Source of the DNA: Selaginella moellendorffii
Lineage: Eukaryota > Plantae > Lycopodiophyta
Reading direction: 5' to 3'
DNA length: 64,000 nucleotides
NCBI RefSeq assembly: GCF_000143415.4
Contig: NW_003314334.1
Location: 876,108 to 940,107 of the forward strand
Shown: one piece after another, positions 60,055 to 64,000 of the stretch
Position numbering within the stretch: the first letter of the stretch is position 1
Layout of the letters: every line of letters begins with the position of its first letter
Made by a program: the position numbers and the translations under genes
The notes under the pieces: model-generated
What the model saw: only the letters and a program-made list of their open reading frames with translations
What the model was told of the DNA's origin: nothing
The model's database searches: none

Positions 60055-63000
60055 CGATGCAGCCCTAGGTTCAGGGTCGGAGTCCCCTGAGCCTGGTTTT
60101 TGGTTGATATAGTGAGCAAGATGGTCGTAGGACAATTCTACTGCAAAGTTTACACCTGTTCCAATATCCAGTACTCGAGATGGATATGAATGGATGCATT
60201 CCTCATTCTCTGCATGCACAGGTGTACATGAACAAGTACAACTTAAAGATGCTAGCTCAAGGCTTGCAACTCTCTAAGGGTCTAGCTCCTTGAACTGAAA
60301 GGACCTGTCTCTCCTATTGCTACTGCTATTTATACTCTAAGACCTTTGGATCTGACGGTCCTCGGTGCTTGCTGGAGATCCTTTCTTGGCTGCAGTAATG
60401 CTCCTCCGCTTGTATCCTGTGTCTGCTTCTGGGTTACAGGCTGAGGTCTATCCTATACCGTCTTGTTGCTGCTTTTGTCTTGTAGATCCACTGCTGGAAT
60501 GAAATGTGCAAAACTCCTAGCCTGTGCTTTTGCTGTTGTGGTTTTTATTGAGAGTAGGTAGACAGCCACGTGGCTGACACGTCACATAGGGAGACACGTC
60601 CGGTTGATTCTTTTTTTTGGTGGTTGTTTCAATCTGGAGAATCTGTTGTCAAGGAGACGAAGACAGCAACTTAGGATGTGTAGGTGTGCACGAGCAGCAG
60701 CACAACGCATCACCAAACGCATTGAAGCGAGGAGGAGGATGGTTCAGTTGGTTAGGGTTCTTCAAAACTGGAACCGAGTGGATAGGAGCGTCTCCTAGGG
60801 AGATGGCTACGCTGAAACGAACAAGAGAGCGAACCCTAGGCCAACCTCCCAACCCTTAAGGCGTTACGGCCTTAAATCCCACAGGCCATGGAATATTCTC
60901 GGAATATTCCCGTGGTTCATGTCATTCTCCCCTCCCTCATGACCCAGCCACATACGGTAGCCTCGAGAAGCTAAACGAGCCTCAAATGAAGGGAGTCCAA
61001 GGCAATACGGCCATGGAGAAAAGATGTGCAAACGGCAACACCAACGTCGCAACAAACGGTCACGAAAGAAAGAAAGCAATACGGCTTTCTCACATGACAA
61101 TACGGTCATGGAAAACAAGAGAATGAGAATAGAACAAACGGCTCAAATCATATAGCAATACGGCTATAGAACTCAATTCTCCTCTTCCTCAGGAATGTCA
61201 TCCAAGTCATAACCAAAACTCGGAAACACTCTCTTCACGTCATCCTCCGTTTCCCATGTAGCTTCGTCCATGGAATAACCATTCCACTGAACTAACAACT
61301 CCCTAGTTGTCTTTCGGCGTGTTTTCACCAATCTTTGAGCAAGAATATTGGCCGGACCAGCCTTCTCTGCATCAATCTCTGGAACCTGGATGATGGACTG
61401 ATCCACGATATCACCAGAGTGCAAACACGCTTTAAGCTTGCTCACATGGAACGTTGGATGAATCTTCGAACTAACTGGCAAGTCCAAAGTGTATGCAAGA
61501 TCCCCTACACGCTGTAAAATTGTCCAAGGTCCACAATACCGTGGAGACAACTTAGCACTGCCACCTCCTTTTAGAGACCGTTGTGCATCCGACAGCTTAA
61601 GGAAAACCTTGTCACCAACTTTGTACTCTTGATGACGACGATGCTCATCAGCCAATCTTTTGTCTCGTTCTTGAGCTTGCCTCATGTTCAATTTTGCCAA
61701 CTCAAGCTTGTCTTGCATATCCTCCAGGAAATCACAAGCATGAGGAACTCGAACCAAAGCCAAATTCAAACTCACAGGAGACCTAGGCTCATAACCATAC
61801 ATCGCCATAAAAGGAGACATGCCAATAGCCGATTGATGAGCGCTATTGTGAGCAAACTGAAGCAAAGGCAAGTATTTTTCCCATACTCCCTGTCGAGTCA
61901 AGTTTCCCACAAAAGACCGTAGCATATCTTCTAATAGCTGATTCATGCGCTCTGTCTGCCCATCAGATTGTGGATGCTCACCACTACTCATGCTCAGTTT
62001 AGTCTCTAGTTTTTCAAAGACCGTTTGCCAAAACTTGGACGTGAACTTAGGATCTCGATCACTCACAATGTCACCCGGCAAACCATAGAGACTGAATAAC
62101 CGGTCTACAAACAACTGAGCAAGTTCAGAAGCTTTTATCGTTGTCTTCACAGGGAAGAAGTGAGCCATCTTCGTCAAACGATCCACAACAACCCAAATAG
62201 CATCATTTCCTCGAAAGGTTTTGGGCAAACTAGTGATAAAGTCCATCGAGATGCTATCCCACTTATTCTCGGGTACACGTAAAGGATGATAGAGGCCAGC
62301 GAGCTTCTGATGATCAACTTTGACCGCCTGGCAGGTCAAACAACCACGTACGTACTTCTCAACATCTGACTTCATCCCAGGCCAAAAGAAATGCCTCTTC
62401 ACCAACATATACGTTCTCAATACCCCCGGATGCCCAGCACTTGGAACATCATGACACTCAACCAAAATCCGTTTGATGAGTTTGTCAACACGAGGAACCA
62501 CAACACGTCCCTTCTTCACCAGGATTCCATTTCGTATTTCGAATGACGCAAACTTGTCACCCTTTAAATCTGTAGAGGCGTCCCTCAACAAAACCTTCGC
62601 ACGAATATCAGTGATGAAGGAGTCGAAGTCAGCAAACTCCTTAAGCTCATCCAAGAGATCGCTGGATAGCTTCACAAACGAGATAGAATTTACCATCCTG
62701 GATAATGCATCAGCCACCTTATTATCACCTCCATGCTTGTACCGGATCTTAACAGACATTTCCTGCAGGAACTCTTGCCAACGAGCAAGATGGCCTCGAA
62801 GATCCTTTTGTCGACTGAAATATTGGAGAGATTGATGGTCTGAATCCACATGGAAGTCCGATCCATATAGATAATGTCGCCATTCCTTCACAGCAGCAAT
62901 CACAGCATATAACTCCTTGTCTCGAGTAGACCAATTCCGCTGTGTGGCATCAAACTTATGGCTCATGTACGCAAGAGGATGCCCAACTTGAAGCAAAATG

Positions 63001-64000
63001 GCTCCAATAGCAATGTCACTTGCATCTGTCTCAACAACAAGAGGCTTTTCAGGATCAAAAATCTTCAACACCGGAGCAGAGACACAACACTGCTTCAAAC
63101 GTTGAAATGCCACTTCACACTTCTCATCCCAACCATGAATAGTAGCATGTTTCGACGTATTCTGGAGAAGATCAGTTAAAGGGGCTGCTATCCCTGAAAA
63201 GTCCTTCACAAATCGTCGAAAAACTCTAGCCATACCAAGGAAACTACGGAGATCATGCACTGTGGAAGGTATAGGCCAATCAACCACGGCCTGAATCTTT
63301 GCGGGATCAGCTCTCACTCCATGTACCAAAATCAAATGCCCGAGATATCCAATCTCCTCTAAAAAAAACTCGCACTTGGATAACTTCGAGTAGAGCTTGT
63401 TGTCCCTCAAAAGTTGTAAAACACTTCGCACATGCATCTCATGTTCCTCCATGGAAGAGCTGAATACCAGGATATCATCAAAATAATCAATTGCAAACTT
63501 TCCCAAGTAAGGTTGTAGAACGTGATTCATCAATCTCTGAAAAGTTGCAGGAGCATTTGTCAAACCAAACGGCATCACTAAAAACTCGTAGTGACCTGTC
63601 CTTGTCCGAAATGCAGTTTTCGGAACATCCTCTGGCTGGACACAAATCTGATGATATCCTTGCCTCAAATCAATCTTCGAAAAATATCGAGCTCCACGAA
63701 GACGATCAAGCAAATCATCGATACGAGGGATCGGGAACATATTCTTCACTGTCCTATCATTTAATCCCTTGTAGTTCACACAGAGACACCATGTACCATC
63801 TTTCTTTTTGACCATCACCACTGGAGCAGCCCAAGGAGACTTACTGATCCGTAACCACCCTTTCCGAAGGTATTCAGCAAGCTGCCTATTAATCTCCTCA
63901 TCTTCAGCGGGACTAGTACGAGTCGGTTGTCGCTGAAAAGGAGTAGCTCCCGGAACCAAGTCAATTTCATGCTGAATTCCACGTTCTGGAGGCAAACCAT
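60055..64000 (-). mobile_element. Chromovirus-type Ty3/gypsy element, 3' half (truncated by window end)
   Basis: pol ORF, then PPT GAGGGAGGGGAGAA (60925-60938), then a 3' LTR starting TGACA at 60924 with TATAAATAG at about 60326-60334. The left LTR boundary is approximate. Confidence 0.88.
61173..63995 (-). CDS. Retrotransposon pol: RT, RNase H, integrase, chromodomain
   Basis: Uninterrupted 940 aa: MPFGLTNAPATFQ, YFDD, ETDAS, GHPG..CLTC, SMDF, SDRD, PRYCGPW, LVQWNGYSMDEATWE. Confidence 0.95.
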   Translation of the reverse strand: MPPERGIQHEIDLVPGATPFQRQPTRTSPAEDEEINRQLAEYLRKGWLRISKSPWAAPVVMVKKKDGTWCLCVNYKGLNDRTVKNMFPIPRIDDLLDRLRGARYFSKIDLRQGYHQICVQPEDVPKTAFRTRTGHYEFLVMPFGLTNAPATFQRLMNHVLQPYLGKFAIDYFDDILVFSSSMEEHEMHVRSVLQLLRDNKLYSKLSKCEFFLEEIGYLGHLILVHGVRADPAKIQAVVDWPIPSTVHDLRSFLGMARVFRRFVKDFSGIAAPLTDLLQNTSKHATIHGWDEKCEVAFQRLKQCCVSAPVLKIFDPEKPLVVETDASDIAIGAILLQVGHPLAYMSHKFDATQRNWSTRDKELYAVIAAVKEWRHYLYGSDFHVDSDHQSLQYFSRQKDLRGHLARWQEFLQEMSVKIRYKHGGDNKVADALSRMVNSISFVKLSSDLLDELKEFADFDSFITDIRAKVLLRDASTDLKGDKFASFEIRNGILVKKGRVVVPRVDKLIKRILVECHDVPSAGHPGVLRTYMLVKRHFFWPGMKSDVEKYVRGCLTCQAVKVDHQKLAGLYHPLRVPENKWDSISMDFITSLPKTFRGNDAIWVVVDRLTKMAHFFPVKTTIKASELAQLFVDRLFSLYGLPGDIVSDRDPKFTSKFWQTVFEKLETKLSMSSGEHPQSDGQTERMNQLLEDMLRSFVGNLTRQGVWEKYLPLLQFAHNSAHQSAIGMSPFMAMYGYEPRSPVSLNLALVRVPHACDFLEDMQDKLELAKLNMRQAQERDKRLADEHRRHQEYKVGDKVFLKLSDAQRSLKGGGSAKLSPRYCGPWTILQRVGDLAYTLDLPVSSKIHPTFHVSKLKACLHSGDIVDQSIIQVPEIDAEKAGPANILAQRLVKTRRKTTRELLVQWNGYSMDEATWETEDDVKRVFPSFGYDLDDIPEEEEN

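Overview
Eukaryotic nuclear DNA from a compact land-plant genome: introns of about 50-100 bp, very short intergenic spaces, a PLS-type PPR gene and telo-boxes. This style suggests the lycophyte Selaginella, which is my inference and not verified. Positions 1-51.3 kb are gene-dense: GT47 exostosin 3' end, IQD, NPF/NRT1 transporter, DPE1, HROB, L-galactose dehydrogenase, three METTL24/FkbM-like methyltransferases around a stand-alone I29 ORF, PPR, a peroxisomal quinone oxidoreductase-like gene, MA3/MRF, ribosomal L33, lipase, an extended tetraspanin, URB2 and DUF1218. A short-LTR Ty3/gypsy element (6.9-11.9 kb) interrupts this region. Positions 52-64 kb are a retrotransposon block: a small foldback, a palindrome with ~0.7 kb arms, a deleted Athila-like element with extra ORFs, and a chromovirus cut by the window end. 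The most interesting items are (1) a head-to-head paralog pair 35 bp apart at 48.3-51.3 kb that shares a header domain, one copy fused to an atypical kinase and the other a decayed copy with a PD-(D/E)xK-like motif; (2) a P-loop NTPase gene with a nuclease-like tail at 12.9-14.6 kb, which like the pair resembles Crinkler/RHS-type effector architectures; (3) the membrane-anchored methyltransferase cluster; and (4) a -1 gag/pol frameshift signal. No rRNA, tRNA or CRISPR was recognised. All gene models were spliced by eye and exon boundaries are approximate.
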